Origin: Nannocystis bainbridge | GTDB lineage: Bacteria; Myxococcota_A; Polyangia; Nannocystales; Nannocystaceae | Direction of reading: 5' to 3' | Length of the DNA stretch: 64,000 nt | Assembly (NCBI RefSeq): GCF_028368995.1 | Contig: NZ_JAQNDL010000001.1 | Span: forward strand, 4,384,001-4,448,000 | In this document: positions 21,669 through 31,954 of the stretch, in pieces | Layout of the letters: each line of letters begins with the position of its first letter | Position numbering within the stretch: the first letter of the stretch is position 1 | The notes under the pieces: generated by a model | Database searches by the model: none | What the model was told of the DNA's origin: nothing | What the model saw: the letters and a program-made list of their open reading frames with translations, nothing else | Position numbers and translations under genes: made by a program

Positions 21669-22352
21669 ATGGAGATGTCACTGTTCGAGATCTGGGGAAG
21701 CATGAGCCTCCTCTCCCGCTTGGTGGCGATCTCGCTGCTGGGCATGGGTGTGGCCAGCTTCGCGGTCATCATCGAGCGCGCCTGGGTCTTGCGTCGCACC
21801 GACCGCGAGTCGATGGAGTTCGCCAGCAAGTCGCGCTCGCAGTTCGCCGACGGCGACATCGCCGGCGTGCTCGAGCTGGCCCGCCGCTTCACCCGCAACC
21901 CGCTCGCGCGCCTCACCGCCATCGGCGTGCAGACCTTCCAGGCCAACGAGCGCAAGGACGGCGGCCCGACCGCGGCCGCCGAGCTGACCCGCCGCGAGCT
22001 CGCGCGCAAGCTCGAGCTCTACAGCGCCGAGGGTCGCCGCGGCATGGGCATGCTCGCCTCGATCGGCTCGACCGCTCCGTTCATCGGCCTGTTCGGCACC
22101 GTCATCGGCATCATCGTCGCCTTCCAGGGCATCGCCTCCGCCGGCGGTGGTGGCATCGCGGCGGTCTCCGCCGGCATCGCCGAGGCGCTGATCGTCACCG
22201 CGGTCGGCCTCATCGTCGCCATCACCTCGGTGCTGTTCTTCAACTACCTGTCGGGCCGCTTCGACCGCCTCGACATGCAGATGCAGCACGCCGCCGGCGA
22301 GCTGATCGACTATTTGGAGGGCGCCCATGGGCATGGCGGTCGAGACCGGTAA
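21669..22352 (+). CDS. exbB: MotA/TolQ/ExbB proton channel
   Basis: STAPFIGLFGTVIGI, GIAEALIVTAVGL. Confidence 0.92.
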   Translation: MEMSLFEIWGSMSLLSRLVAISLLGMGVASFAVIIERAWVLRRTDRESMEFASKSRSQFADGDIAGVLELARRFTRNPLARLTAIGVQTFQANERKDGGPTAAAELTRRELARKLELYSAEGRRGMGMLASIGSTAPFIGLFGTVIGIIVAFQGIASAGGGGIAAVSAGIAEALIVTAVGLIVAITSVLFFNYLSGRFDRLDMQMQHAAGELIDYLEGAHGHGGRDR

Positions 22353-22776
22353 ACCCGGTAAAGGGCCGAAGCCCAGCATCAACGTCACCCCGCTGGTCGA
22401 CGTCGTCCTCGTGCTGCTGATCATCTTCATGCTCATCATCCCGAACATGCAGGATGACAAGCCGATCGAGCTGATAAGCGTCATGTTCCCGGACAAGGAC
22501 GCCGAGAGCAAGGAAGAGCCGCTCGTCGTCACGATCGACCGCAACGAGGTCTACACGCTCGAGGAACAGGACATGGCCCGCGAGCAGGCGATCGGCTTCT
22601 TGAAGGACGTGTACGCCCGCAGCCCCAAGCGCAAGGTCCTGCTGCGCGGCGACGCCAAGGTCCCGTACAAGGCCGTGCGCACCTTCTTCAAGGACGTGCA
22701 GGACATCGGCTTCGGCGGCGTCTCGCTGGCTGTCGGCTCCCAGCGCAAGTGGGACGGCGGCGGGGAGGTCGACTAG
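22327..22776 (+). CDS. exbD: ExbD/TolR biopolymer transporter
   Basis: INVTPLVDVVLVLLIIFM; LRGD..VPY. Confidence 0.92.
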   Translation: MGMAVETGKPGKGPKPSINVTPLVDVVLVLLIIFMLIIPNMQDDKPIELISVMFPDKDAESKEEPLVVTIDRNEVYTLEEQDMAREQAIGFLKDVYARSPKRKVLLRGDAKVPYKAVRTFFKDVQDIGFGGVSLAVGSQRKWDGGGEVD

Positions 22777-22778
22777 CC

Positions 22779-23210
22779 ATGGGAGCCAGCCTCAACACCG
22801 GCTTCAAGAAGGCCCGCGTCCAGCCCGAGATGAACGTCACCCCGCTGGTCGACGTCGTCCTCGTGCTGCTCATCATCTTCATGGTCCTCGCGCCCGTGAT
22901 GGCCAAGAGCTTCTGGGTCCGCCTGCCGCCCAAGGACGACAAGGAAGAGCAGCTCGACCAGGCCAACGACCCCGACAAGCCGCTCGTGCTCAGCGTCGCC
23001 GCCGACGGCAAGACCGCGATCAACAAGATCGACGTCGACCGCGCCGAGCTCACCGAGAAGCTCACGCGCATGTTCAACGCGCGCCCCGACAACTCCCTGT
23101 ACCTCGACGCCGCCGACGACACCGAGTACGGCATGGTGCTCGGCGCCGTCGACCTCGCCCGCGGCGCGCAGGCGTTCCCGATCGTCATCCTCACCTCGAA
23201 GCCCGAGTGA
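22779..23210 (+). CDS. exbD: Second ExbD/TolR protein
   Basis: MNVTPLVDVVLVLLIIFM; start at MGASLN. Confidence 0.9.
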   Translation: MGASLNTGFKKARVQPEMNVTPLVDVVLVLLIIFMVLAPVMAKSFWVRLPPKDDKEEQLDQANDPDKPLVLSVAADGKTAINKIDVDRAELTEKLTRMFNARPDNSLYLDAADDTEYGMVLGAVDLARGAQAFPIVILTSKPE

Positions 23211-23233
23211 AGCCGCCGTGACTTCTTGGTGAC
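23207..23233 (-). promoter_or_regulatory. Pho-box-like 11-bp direct repeats upstream of the TBDR gene
   Basis: GTGAA 23207, GTGAC 23218, GTGAC 23229 (GTCAC-N6-GTCAC on the minus strand). Confidence 0.55.
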
Positions 23234-23326
23234 ACCACAGCCGCCCCCCTTGGGCGGCTGTTTCGTTTCCAGTACAACCCCCGCGCGGCCGACCCGGTCG
23301 CATCAACAATCGAGATCTGGATCGCC

Positions 23327-26300
23327 ATGTTCTTGCGACGTTGCAAGAGCCCGGCCCTGCTGACGCTATTGGCAGCGGTCGGAGCTGGAGTCTGTGCGCG
23401 TACCGTTCGTGCCGCCGACGGTCCTCGTGATTACGAGGGACCGACCGGCTTTGACGACGACGGCAACGTGATCGAGCAGCCGGCGCCGGGCCAGCAGCCG
23501 CCCGCGGACGCGGAGCAGCCGCCCGCGGAGCAGCCGCCCGAGCAGCCTGCCGAGGCGCCGGCCAAGGCCCCGCCCGCCGAGGAAGAGGAGGGCGGCTGCG
23601 CCGAGGACGACGGCTTCTGCGTCGAGGACCTCACCAACGACGCCGACGCGCTCAAGAAGGAGATGGCGCCGAAGCAGCAGGTCAAGGTCGCTGGCGACGC
23701 CGGCACGATCAAGGGCCGCGTCCTCGACGCCACCAGTGGTTCGCCGCTCATCGGCGTCGGCGTCGCCGTGGTCGGCACCGACTACAAGACCAAGACGGAC
23801 ATCAACGGCGAGTACCAGCTGTCCGTCCCGCCCGGCACCTATCAGGTACGGATCTCCTATGACGCCTACGAGGGCATGACGATCAGCGGCGTCGCCGTCG
23901 CCAAGGACGGGACCGAGGCCATCAACCGCGAGCTCAAGCCGATCGCGGGCATGACCCAGACCGTGGTCGTCAAGGCCGAGATCAACAAGGAGAGCGCCGC
24001 CGGCAAGCTGGTCGAGCGCAAGAAGGCCGCCAGCGCGCGCGATGTCATGAGCCGCGACGACATCCGCAAGTCGGGCGGCGGCTCGGCCTCCGCGGTCGCG
24101 CGCCGGATCGTCGGCACCACCGTCGTCGGCGACCGCTTCATCTTCGTCCGCGGCCTCGGCCACCGCTACGGCAACACCCTGCTCGACGGCGCCCGCTTGC
24201 CGAGCCCCGACCCCAACCTGCGCACCGTCCCGCTCGACATCATCCCCTCGGGCGCGCTGTCGGCGATCAACGTCCAGAAGACCGCCACCCCCGACGTCCC
24301 GGCCGACTTCGCCGGCGCCTCGGTCCAGCTCGAGACGCGCGAGACCCCCGACAAGCTGTACTTCGCCGTCGACGCGCGCATCGGCGCCAACACGGCCACC
24401 ACCTTCCGCGACGCCAACACCGGCGACCGCTTCGCCGGCGACAACGCCACCTTCGGCAACCTCGGGCGCGGCCTCTCCGACAACTTCGACACCGCGCGAC
24501 CGATCCGCCCGACCGAGATCGAAGGCGGCAAGCCGGTCTACTCGGCCGAGCAGCTCGAGCGGTTCGGCGAGGGCCTGCCGTCGACGCGCACCGCGATCGG
24601 CAGCAAGACGGCGATGCCGAACTTCGGCGCCGGCCTGCAGCTCGGCAACACCTTCAAGCCGTGGGGCACGCGGCTCGGGTTCCTCACCGCGCTGCAGTAC
24701 TCGAACGTCCACCAGACGCTGCGCGAGACCCACCGGATCTACAGCGTCACCGGCGACCAGAACAGCGGCTACACCCTCGACACCGATCAGCCGACGGTCC
24801 GCTGGGACGGCATCAAGACCACCCAGAACGTCCAGGGCTCGGCGCTCGCGCTCATCAAGTGGAACCTCGACAAGAACCACCGGCTCGAGCTCACCGCCGT
24901 CTACACCCGCGACGCCGACAACGAGTCGCGCGCGCTCACCGGCAACGCGCGCAACACCAGCGCCACCGAGAACACCACCAGCCTCAACACCCGCCTGCGC
25001 TACATGATGCGCTCGGTGGTGTTCACCCGCCTGGGCGGCCGCCACACCTTCGCCGGCGCCAAGGACCTCACCCTCGACTGGTTCGGCAGCTACGCCCAGG
25101 CGCGCCAGGACGACCCGCTCCTGCGTGAGATGTTCTTCAACAACATCGGCGGCGACTACCAGGTCGCGCCCAACGAGGCCGGCAAGTTCCAGTTCTTCAA
25201 GCTGCTCGACAACACCGGCACCGGCGCGCTCAACCTGACCATGCCGTTCAAGCAGTGGCGCGGCCTCGACGCCCGCGTCAAGGCCGGCGGGTGGGTCGAG
25301 GCGCGCCAGCGGCAGTTCGACGCCCGCACCCTCGACCTCGAGCCGCGCGGCTGGACCGGCGCGCTGCCCTCGGGCTCAGGCAACATCTTCACCAAGGACA
25401 CCATCGGCGGCGGCGTGCCGATGAACCAGGGCGGCAGCGAGCCGTTCGTGATCAACGAGATCACCCGCCCCGGCGGCCAGGACGGCTACAAGGGCTCGCA
25501 GCAGATCTACGCCGGCTACGCGATGCTCGACCTGCCGTTCACGCGGTGGTTCCGGCTCGTCGGCGGCGCCCGCTTCGAGGCCAGCAACATCAACGTCTCG
25601 CCGTACAGCCCGTACAGCCCCAACGCCGACCCGGCCTACCGCGCCGCGCTGCGCGACCGCCAGGTCCTGCCGTCGGGCAGCCTGATCTTCTCGCCGCGCA
25701 GCGACATGAACATCCGCCTCGCTGGCGCCGAGACGGTCGCTCGCCCCGAGATGCGCGAGCTTTCGAAGTTCCTGTTCGTCGACTTCGCCGGCGGCTTCGG
25801 CGTGCAGGGCAACCCCGACCTCAAGAGCACCAAGATCTATAACGCCGACCTGCGGTGGGAGTGGTTCCCCAGCGCCAACGAGGTCATCGCCGCCAGCGTC
25901 TTCTACAAGTACTTCGACAGCCCGATCGAGCGCGTCATTGCCACCTTCCCGCGGGTGCAGACCTACCGCAACGCGAACCAGGCGCAGAACGTCGGCGTCG
26001 AGCTCGAGCTGCGCAAGAACCTGTCGTTCATCCACCGCGACGCCCGCGACTTCTCGCTCGGGGCCAACTTCGCCTACGTGCACTCGCGCGTCGAGATCCC
26101 CGCGCCCGTGCCCGGCGACCCGCTCAACGCCCTCACCTCGACCAACCGTCCGCTCGAGGGTCAGTCGCCGTTCGTGGTCAACGCCTACTTCGCCTACGAC
26201 AACGACAAGTCGGGCACCAACGTGCGCCTGCTCTACAACACCTTCGGCCGCCGGATCGCGTTCGTCGGCGCCAACCGCCTGCCCGACGTCTACGAGAAGC

Positions 26301-26479
26301 CGATCCACACCCTCGATTTCGCCATGTCGCAGCGGGTCCACAAGAACCTGAGCCTCAGCTTCATGGCGCTGAACATGCTCAATTGGCGCCAGACCTACGT
26401 CCAGGGCGCGCAGGACAGCGTGTTCTATCAGACCCGCAAGGGCGTCTCGTTCATCCTCGGCCTCAGCTACAGCATGTGA
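23327..26479 (+). CDS. TonB-dependent receptor with carboxypeptidase-regulatory-like N-domain
   Basis: GTIKGRVLD N-domain, FVRGLGHRYGNTLLDG plug, GNPDLK, NADLRWEWF, terminal beta-strand LGLSYSM. Confidence 0.92.
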   Translation: MFLRRCKSPALLTLLAAVGAGVCARTVRAADGPRDYEGPTGFDDDGNVIEQPAPGQQPPADAEQPPAEQPPEQPAEAPAKAPPAEEEEGGCAEDDGFCVEDLTNDADALKKEMAPKQQVKVAGDAGTIKGRVLDATSGSPLIGVGVAVVGTDYKTKTDINGEYQLSVPPGTYQVRISYDAYEGMTISGVAVAKDGTEAINRELKPIAGMTQTVVVKAEINKESAAGKLVERKKAASARDVMSRDDIRKSGGGSASAVARRIVGTTVVGDRFIFVRGLGHRYGNTLLDGARLPSPDPNLRTVPLDIIPSGALSAINVQKTATPDVPADFAGASVQLETRETPDKLYFAVDARIGANTATTFRDANTGDRFAGDNATFGNLGRGLSDNFDTARPIRPTEIEGGKPVYSAEQLERFGEGLPSTRTAIGSKTAMPNFGAGLQLGNTFKPWGTRLGFLTALQYSNVHQTLRETHRIYSVTGDQNSGYTLDTDQPTVRWDGIKTTQNVQGSALALIKWNLDKNHRLELTAVYTRDADNESRALTGNARNTSATENTTSLNTRLRYMMRSVVFTRLGGRHTFAGAKDLTLDWFGSYAQARQDDPLLREMFFNNIGGDYQVAPNEAGKFQFFKLLDNTGTGALNLTMPFKQWRGLDARVKAGGWVEARQRQFDARTLDLEPRGWTGALPSGSGNIFTKDTIGGGVPMNQGGSEPFVINEITRPGGQDGYKGSQQIYAGYAMLDLPFTRWFRLVGGARFEASNINVSPYSPYSPNADPAYRAALRDRQVLPSGSLIFSPRSDMNIRLAGAETVARPEMRELSKFLFVDFAGGFGVQGNPDLKSTKIYNADLRWEWFPSANEVIAASVFYKYFDSPIERVIATFPRVQTYRNANQAQNVGVELELRKNLSFIHRDARDFSLGANFAYVHSRVEIPAPVPGDPLNALTSTNRPLEGQSPFVVNAYFAYDNDKSGTNVRLLYNTFGRRIAFVGANRLPDVYEKPIHTLDFAMSQRVHKNLSLSFMALNMLNWRQTYVQGAQDSVFYQTRKGVSFILGLSYSM

Positions 26480-26498
26480 CGGTGAAGGGCGCGAACAT

Positions 26499-26536
26499 GT
26501 CGCGTTCGCGTCACCGACCCGTGGGAGCGGCGTCAC
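26499..26536 (+). promoter_or_regulatory. Pho-box-like repeats and hairpins before the lipoprotein gene
   Basis: GTCGC 26499, GTCAC 26510, GTGGG 26521, GTCAC 26532 (11-bp register); overlaps inverted repeats. Confidence 0.4.
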
Positions 26537-26585
26537 GGGTCTCTTTTAGAGATAGCGCCGCGACCTCTCCGAAGAAGGCTTCCCC

Positions 26586-27935
26586 GTGATGACGTTCAAG
26601 AAGACTCTCCCGATGTTCGCGGCCGCCGTGGCGCTGCCGCTGGTGTTCGCCCAGGGCTGTGGCGACGATGGCATGCAGACCTCCGACACCGCCGACACCA
26701 ACGACACCGCGCCGGGCGAAGAGGAGTGCGACAGCGAGATCGAGGGCACCATCGAGTCCGACACCACCTGGACCTGCGGTCACACCCTCAGCGGCGTCCT
26801 CACCGTCAAGAACGGCGCCAAGCTCACGGTCAACCCCGGCGTCACGATCAAGGGCCTCAACGGCTCGGCGCTCGTCATCGCCAAGGGCTCGCAGCTGATC
26901 GCCGAGGGCACCAAGGAGCAGCCGATCGTGTTCACCTCGGCGCTGGCCGAGGGCAGCCGGGCGCGCGGCGACTGGGGCGGCATCGTCCTCCTCGGCGACG
27001 CCAAGAACAACCTCCAGACCGGCTCCGGCATCGCCGAGGGCCTCGACGCCGGCAACCCAGACTACGCCTACGGCGGCGGCGACGACGCCTATTCGTGCGG
27101 CTCGCTCAAGTGGGTCCGCGTCGAGTTCGTCGGCTTCGAGCTGACGAAGGACAACGAGCTCAACGGCGTCACCTTCTACTCGTGCGGCACCGGCACCCAG
27201 GTCGACTACCTGCAGGTCCACATGGGCAAGGACGACGGCGTCGAGATGTTCGGGGGCTCCTGGAGCGGCAAGCACATCCTCGTCACCGGCGCCCAGGACG
27301 ACTCGATCGACAGCGACCAGGGCTACACCGGCTCGCTGCAGCACGTCGTGCTGCTGCAGGACCCGGCCGCCGGCAACTACGCGTTCGAGCTGTCGAACCA
27401 GGCCGACAACCTCGACGCCGAGCCGCGCACCGCGCCCAAGTTCGTCAACGTCACCGCCATCGGCACCGCCGCCGGCGGCGACATCGACACCCAGAGCGCT
27501 GGCGTCCGCCTCAAGGAGGGCGTCGCGGCCGAGTTCTACAACGCGATCTTCGTCGGCTTCCACAACGCGGCGATCGAGCTGACCGAGGGCGCGACCGAGA
27601 CCGTCGCGACGGCGGGCGGCATCGTGTTCAAGAACAGCCTGTTCTCCGGCAACTCGGCGGTCGACGACGGCGCGACCCCGTACGTGGTCGGCGAGGGCTC
27701 GACCTTCGACCTCGAGGGGTTCGTCGAGGGCGCGGGCAACAGCAACCTGATCGACACCGACCCGCAGCTCACCAGCCTCGACTTCACCGCGCCGAACTTC
27801 GCCCCGGCCGACGGCTCGCCGCTGCGCGGCGCGGGCGCGGCCCCGGCCGGCTTCGACGCCGCCGACTACATCGGCGGCGTCGCCAACGCCGAGGGCGACT
27901 GGACCCTCGGCTGGTCGACCTACGCCGCCAACTAG
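26586..27935 (+). CDS. Acidic beta-helix-like lipoprotein of the TBDR-associated type
   Basis: AQGC lipobox; KGSQLIAEGTKEQPIVFTS, GDWGGIVLLG, NELNGVTF, DDGVEMFGG, DDSIDSDQGY. Confidence 0.82.
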   Translation: MMTFKKTLPMFAAAVALPLVFAQGCGDDGMQTSDTADTNDTAPGEEECDSEIEGTIESDTTWTCGHTLSGVLTVKNGAKLTVNPGVTIKGLNGSALVIAKGSQLIAEGTKEQPIVFTSALAEGSRARGDWGGIVLLGDAKNNLQTGSGIAEGLDAGNPDYAYGGGDDAYSCGSLKWVRVEFVGFELTKDNELNGVTFYSCGTGTQVDYLQVHMGKDDGVEMFGGSWSGKHILVTGAQDDSIDSDQGYTGSLQHVVLLQDPAAGNYAFELSNQADNLDAEPRTAPKFVNVTAIGTAAGGDIDTQSAGVRLKEGVAAEFYNAIFVGFHNAAIELTEGATETVATAGGIVFKNSLFSGNSAVDDGATPYVVGEGSTFDLEGFVEGAGNSNLIDTDPQLTSLDFTAPNFAPADGSPLRGAGAAPAGFDAADYIGGVANAEGDWTLGWSTYAAN

Positions 27936-27946
27936 CAGGACCCGCC

Positions 27947-28498
27947 ATGCTCCGCGTCGCCGCCGCCCTCGCGCTCTGCCTGTCCTTCGGGGCATGTGAG
28001 GCGCCGTCGGCCGGCGACGATCCGAGCCCGCCGGCGCCGGCCGAGCCGCACGTCGGCGACGCGCCGCTCGCCGGCGGCCTGCCGAGCCTCGACGCGCTCG
28101 GCGAGGCGGTCGTCGCCGGCCTCGTCGACCGGGACGCCGAGGCCCTGACCGCGCTGGCGATCGGCCGCGACGAGTACACCGGCCGTTTGTTCCCCGCGAT
28201 CGCCAACCACCCCGCCGCCGAGGCGATGGGCCGCGAGCTGCTGTGGGACATGCACGTCCGCCAGTCCCATGACGACCTGCAGCGCGCGCTGTCCCACCAC
28301 GGCGGCGCCGCGCTCGCGTTCGTCCGCTTCGAACCGCGCCGGACCGTCCGCCGGGCCGGCGTGGTGTTCCACGAGCGCCCGCACCTCGTCGTGCGCGGCG
28401 AGGACGGCGCCGAGCACGAGCTGCAGATCCTCGCCTCGCTCGTCGAGCACGAATCCACGCAGACCTTCAAGCTCCTCGGCTTCCGCGATCACGACTGA
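27947..28498 (+). CDS. Hypothetical lipoprotein
   Basis: AGGA RBS; MLRVAAALALCLSFGAC lipobox. Confidence 0.75.
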   Translation: MLRVAAALALCLSFGACEAPSAGDDPSPPAPAEPHVGDAPLAGGLPSLDALGEAVVAGLVDRDAEALTALAIGRDEYTGRLFPAIANHPAAEAMGRELLWDMHVRQSHDDLQRALSHHGGAALAFVRFEPRRTVRRAGVVFHERPHLVVRGEDGAEHELQILASLVEHESTQTFKLLGFRDHD

Positions 28499-28525
28499 GT
28501 CACCACGTTGTCGCGAGCCTGTGGG
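28499..28525 (+). promoter_or_regulatory. Pho-box-like repeats upstream of phoB
   Basis: GTCAC 28499, GTCGC 28510, GTGGG 28521 (11-bp period). Confidence 0.5.
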
Positions 28526-28558
28526 GCCGGCCCGCAGCGCACCTGTTAGGAACAGACC

Positions 28559-29263
28559 ATGCCCGCCACGATCCTCATCGTCGACGATGAGCGCGACCTG
28601 CTCGACTCGCTGCGCTTCAGCCTCGAGCGCGAGGGCTTCTGCGCCCTCACGGCCCAGAACGGCACGTCCGCGCTGTCGCTCATGGGCCAGAGCCCGCCGC
28701 CGGACCTCGTGCTGCTCGACTGGATGCTGCCCGACATGGCCGGCACCGAGGTCTGTCGCAACATCCGCATGACGGAGCGGACGCGCGGGACGCCGGTCAT
28801 CATGATCACGGCCCGCAGCGAGGAGATCGATCGGGTGGTCGGGTTCGAGCTGGGGGCCGACGATTACGTGACGAAGCCGTTCAGCGTGCGCGAGCTGCTG
28901 CTGCGCGTAAAGGCGATCCTGCGCCGCCGCACGACCGACGATCCGTCGACCGAGGAGCAGCACTACGAGCTGCTGCGCGTCGACCACGACGGCCACCAGG
29001 TGTGGGTTCAAAATAGCCGCGTGACCCTGACCGCGCTCGAGTTCCGTTTGCTGGCGACGCTGCTGGCCCGCCGCGGCCGGGTGCAGACCCGCGACACGCT
29101 GCTCAACGACGTGTGGGGCGTGCAGGTCGACGTCACGACGCGCACGGTCGACACGCACGTGCAGCGCCTGCGCAAGAAGCTCGGGGCCGCCGGCCAGTAC
29201 ATCGAGACGCTCCGCGGCGTCGGTTACCGCTTCCTGCTGCCCGAGCGCGAAGCGACGCACTGA
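28559..29263 (+). CDS. phoB: OmpR/PhoB-family response regulator, PhoB-like
   Basis: LLDWMLP, TARSEEIDRVVG, GADDYVTKPFS, RTVDTHVQRLRKKL, ETLRGVGY. Confidence 0.78.
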   Translation: MPATILIVDDERDLLDSLRFSLEREGFCALTAQNGTSALSLMGQSPPPDLVLLDWMLPDMAGTEVCRNIRMTERTRGTPVIMITARSEEIDRVVGFELGADDYVTKPFSVRELLLRVKAILRRRTTDDPSTEEQHYELLRVDHDGHQVWVQNSRVTLTALEFRLLATLLARRGRVQTRDTLLNDVWGVQVDVTTRTVDTHVQRLRKKLGAAGQYIETLRGVGYRFLLPEREATH

Positions 29264-29300
29264 GAGAAAGTTACGACGGCTCGCCCGCTCGCTCGCGGCG

Positions 29301-30239
29301 TCACTTCGGCCGCAGCCCGCGGCGCAGGGCGTCGCGCAGGTCGCGTTCGAACCGCTGCGCCACCTCGGCGTGGGCGACCATGTCGAACCCGTGGAACGCC
29401 CCGGGATAGACGTGCAGCTCGGTCGGCACGCCCGCCTGCAGCAGCCGCTGCGCGTACGCGACGTCCTCGGCGAGGAACAGGTCGAGCGCCCCGACGGCGA
29501 GGTAGGTCGGCGGCAGGCCCGAGAGGTCGCCGGCGCGAGCGGCCGCCGCGTACTGCGAGACGTCCTCGGCGCCCGGCTCACCGCCGAGCAGGGACTTCCA
29601 GCCGAACCGGTTGTCCTCGTTCGTCCACACGAACTCGCCGGCGTGCGGCCGCGGCTCGGCGACGACGGTGCGATCGTCGAGCATCGGATAGACGAGCAGC
29701 TGAAACGCGACCGGGACCTCGCCGCGATCGCGCGCCATCAGCCCGAGCGCCGCCGCCAGCCCGCCGCCGGCGCTCTCGCCCCCGATGGCGATCCGCCGGC
29801 GATCGACGCCGAGCTCTTCGGCCTGCGCGTGCAGCCACTTCAGCGCCGCGTAGCAGTCCTCGATCGCCCCGGGGAACGGGGTCTCGGGCGCGAGCCGATA
29901 ATCGACCGAGACGACCACGCAGCCGAGCGCGCTCGCCAGCGCCTGGTTGCGCGCGGCAGCGATGTGCGGCGAGCCCATCACGTAGCCGCCGCCGTGCATG
30001 TGCAGGTACGCCGGCCCGAGCCCGAGGCGCCGCGGCGGCTCGTAGACGACCACTCGCACCTCGGGCGCGTCCTCGGGTCCGGGCACGGTCCGCTCGGAGG
30101 CGACGAGGTCCCCGAGCGTGTCGCCCGCGGGTGGCATGAGGGCGCGTAGCTGGGGCAGCGACTGGGCGTTCAGCCCAAAGGCCGGCATGGCGCTGAGCAG
30201 CGGGAGCAACTGCGGGTCGACGAGGTGACGTGAGGACAT
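29301..30239 (-). CDS. HSL-family alpha/beta hydrolase (esterase/lipase)
   Basis: HGGGY, DYRLAPE, GESAGG, HGF. Confidence 0.92.
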   Translation of the reverse strand: MSSRHLVDPQLLPLLSAMPAFGLNAQSLPQLRALMPPAGDTLGDLVASERTVPGPEDAPEVRVVVYEPPRRLGLGPAYLHMHGGGYVMGSPHIAAARNQALASALGCVVVSVDYRLAPETPFPGAIEDCYAALKWLHAQAEELGVDRRRIAIGGESAGGGLAAALGLMARDRGEVPVAFQLLVYPMLDDRTVVAEPRPHAGEFVWTNEDNRFGWKSLLGGEPGAEDVSQYAAAARAGDLSGLPPTYLAVGALDLFLAEDVAYAQRLLQAGVPTELHVYPGAFHGFDMVAHAEVAQRFERDLRDALRRGLRPK

Positions 30240-30355
30240 GCGGCGAGGGCCAGTCTGAAGCAAGCGCCGACGAGGGTCCACCCGCCGCTCACGGGTGCGC
30301 TCCCGCTCGCGATCGCCCCGAACGCGAACCCCTCGCGCTCGACATCGCCACCGAA

Positions 30356-30393
30356 CAAGATGTCTGTATAGACATGTTCAAAGGAACATGTCG
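30356..30393. repeat. Short array of 14-bp units in a divergent intergenic region
   Basis: Junctions at 30359, 30373, 30387. Confidence 0.75.
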
Positions 30394-30704
30394 CAACCCG
30401 ACAAGCCGCTCGCACCGGCGGCCTGCGATCTCGCCGGCCGGCGCGGAGGCGCGCGCAGCGGGCTCGCCCATTTAAAATTTCGGGAGCTCCGGGAAGATCG
30501 CGGAGCCCTGGCGTTGTCGGGGCGACAACCTCGTCATCACCAGCGATCGCGCTGCGAGTCAGGTCCGGGACCTGCGGCTTCGAGGCCGCGGTCCGGGCCA
30601 CGGTCGCGCGCGCGGCCGCGGCCACGTGAACGAACACGAGGTTGGTAACGTGGGCCGCCGCGCAGGCGGCCGAGCGCGCCCAGGCGCGCAGGAGGAGCGG
30701 AGCA

Positions 30705-31361
30705 ATGAAGGTGTCACTCGTCATCCTCGCCGCGTGGTGGTCGGCCCTGCTTGCGCCGATCGAGCCGGTGAAGCCCAAGGTCCCGTCGCCCGTGCCGGTG
30801 AGCCCGAAGGTCCCCTCGACCCATGTCGCGCCGCTGAAGCCGCCGCCGCCGCCGCCGCCGGAGCAGATCGACACCAGCAAGCTGCCGAAGATCAGCCAGG
30901 CGCCGCTGTTCACGTGGAAGCCGGGCAACTACTCGGCCGAATCGCTCAAGCTGCCCGAGGTCATCCCGATGGAGAAGTTCGACGGCTGGCACGGCGGTCC
31001 GAACTGGCCGCACCTCGACCACGCCGTCATCGTCGTCACCGACAACGCCAAGGACTCGCAGCGGTTCATGGCCTTCATGGTCGACCTGCGAGACCAGCGG
31101 GTCGCGGCCATCCGCGACGGCGACAGGCACAAGCATTTCGCCTCGATCGGCCAGACGGTGCCGGGCGACAACAACCATCAACAGGCCGTGCCGCAGTCGA
31201 TCATGTCGCTCGCTGGCAGCGGCGCCGTCATCATCCTGCGCCCGCCGGTGCCCCCGGGTCCGGGAGGGATCCCCGACGACATCACCCGGAGGATCCTCGA
31301 CGCCAGCAACATCGCCGGTCAGGCCGGCCTAGCGATCGCCGGTCAGCTCGGCCGCGGTTGA
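30705..31361 (+). CDS. Exported Pro-rich hypothetical protein
   Basis: GGAG RBS; signal peptide MKVSLVILAAWWSALLA. Confidence 0.75.
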   Translation: MKVSLVILAAWWSALLAPIEPVKPKVPSPVPVSPKVPSTHVAPLKPPPPPPPEQIDTSKLPKISQAPLFTWKPGNYSAESLKLPEVIPMEKFDGWHGGPNWPHLDHAVIVVTDNAKDSQRFMAFMVDLRDQRVAAIRDGDRHKHFASIGQTVPGDNNHQQAVPQSIMSLAGSGAVIILRPPVPPGPGGIPDDITRRILDASNIAGQAGLAIAGQLGRG

Positions 31362-31402
31362 CCGTCGATCCCCTCGCGTGGCATCGTCCGCTGTCGCCAT
31401 TC

Positions 31403-31954
31403 ATGGCCCCGCCGCAAGCCATCGATCCGCCGATCGACGCCGCGGCGGAGTTTCATCGCAGCCTCCGCGCCCACGAGCACGCGCTGCGGGACCTCGCCCT
31501 GCGGCTGTGTCGCAACTCGGCCGACGCCGGCGACCTGCTGCAGGACACCTTCGAGCGGGCGCTCCAGCGTCGCGCGCAGTACCAGCCCGGGACCAACCTG
31601 CGCGCCTGGCTGTGCACGATGCTGCACCACCTCTTCCTCGACCGCTGCCGCGCGCGCGTGCGCGGCCCGGCCCACGCCTCGCTCGACGAGGTCGCCTTGC
31701 CCGCCCCGGAGCCGGCTGCCGAGCCGGCCTGGGCGGCGCTGACCCGCGACGATGTCGTCGCCGCGGTCGAGCGGCTCGAGCCCGACTTCCGCGACGTCTA
31801 TCAGCTTCACAGCCTCGAGGGTGTGCCGTATCAAGAGATCGCCGCGCGCCTGGGGATCCCCAAGGCCACCGTCGGCACCCGCCTCGCCCGGGCCCGTCGC
31901 AAGCTCCGTGACCTGCTGCTGCCGGCCCGCGCCGCCGACGAGAGCCACCCATGA
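31403..31954 (+). CDS. ECF RNA polymerase sigma factor
   Basis: DAGDLLQDTF, NLRAWL, YQEIAARLGIPKATVGTRLARAR. Confidence 0.92.
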   Translation: MAPPQAIDPPIDAAAEFHRSLRAHEHALRDLALRLCRNSADAGDLLQDTFERALQRRAQYQPGTNLRAWLCTMLHHLFLDRCRARVRGPAHASLDEVALPAPEPAAEPAWAALTRDDVVAAVERLEPDFRDVYQLHSLEGVPYQEIAARLGIPKATVGTRLARARRKLRDLLLPARAADESHP

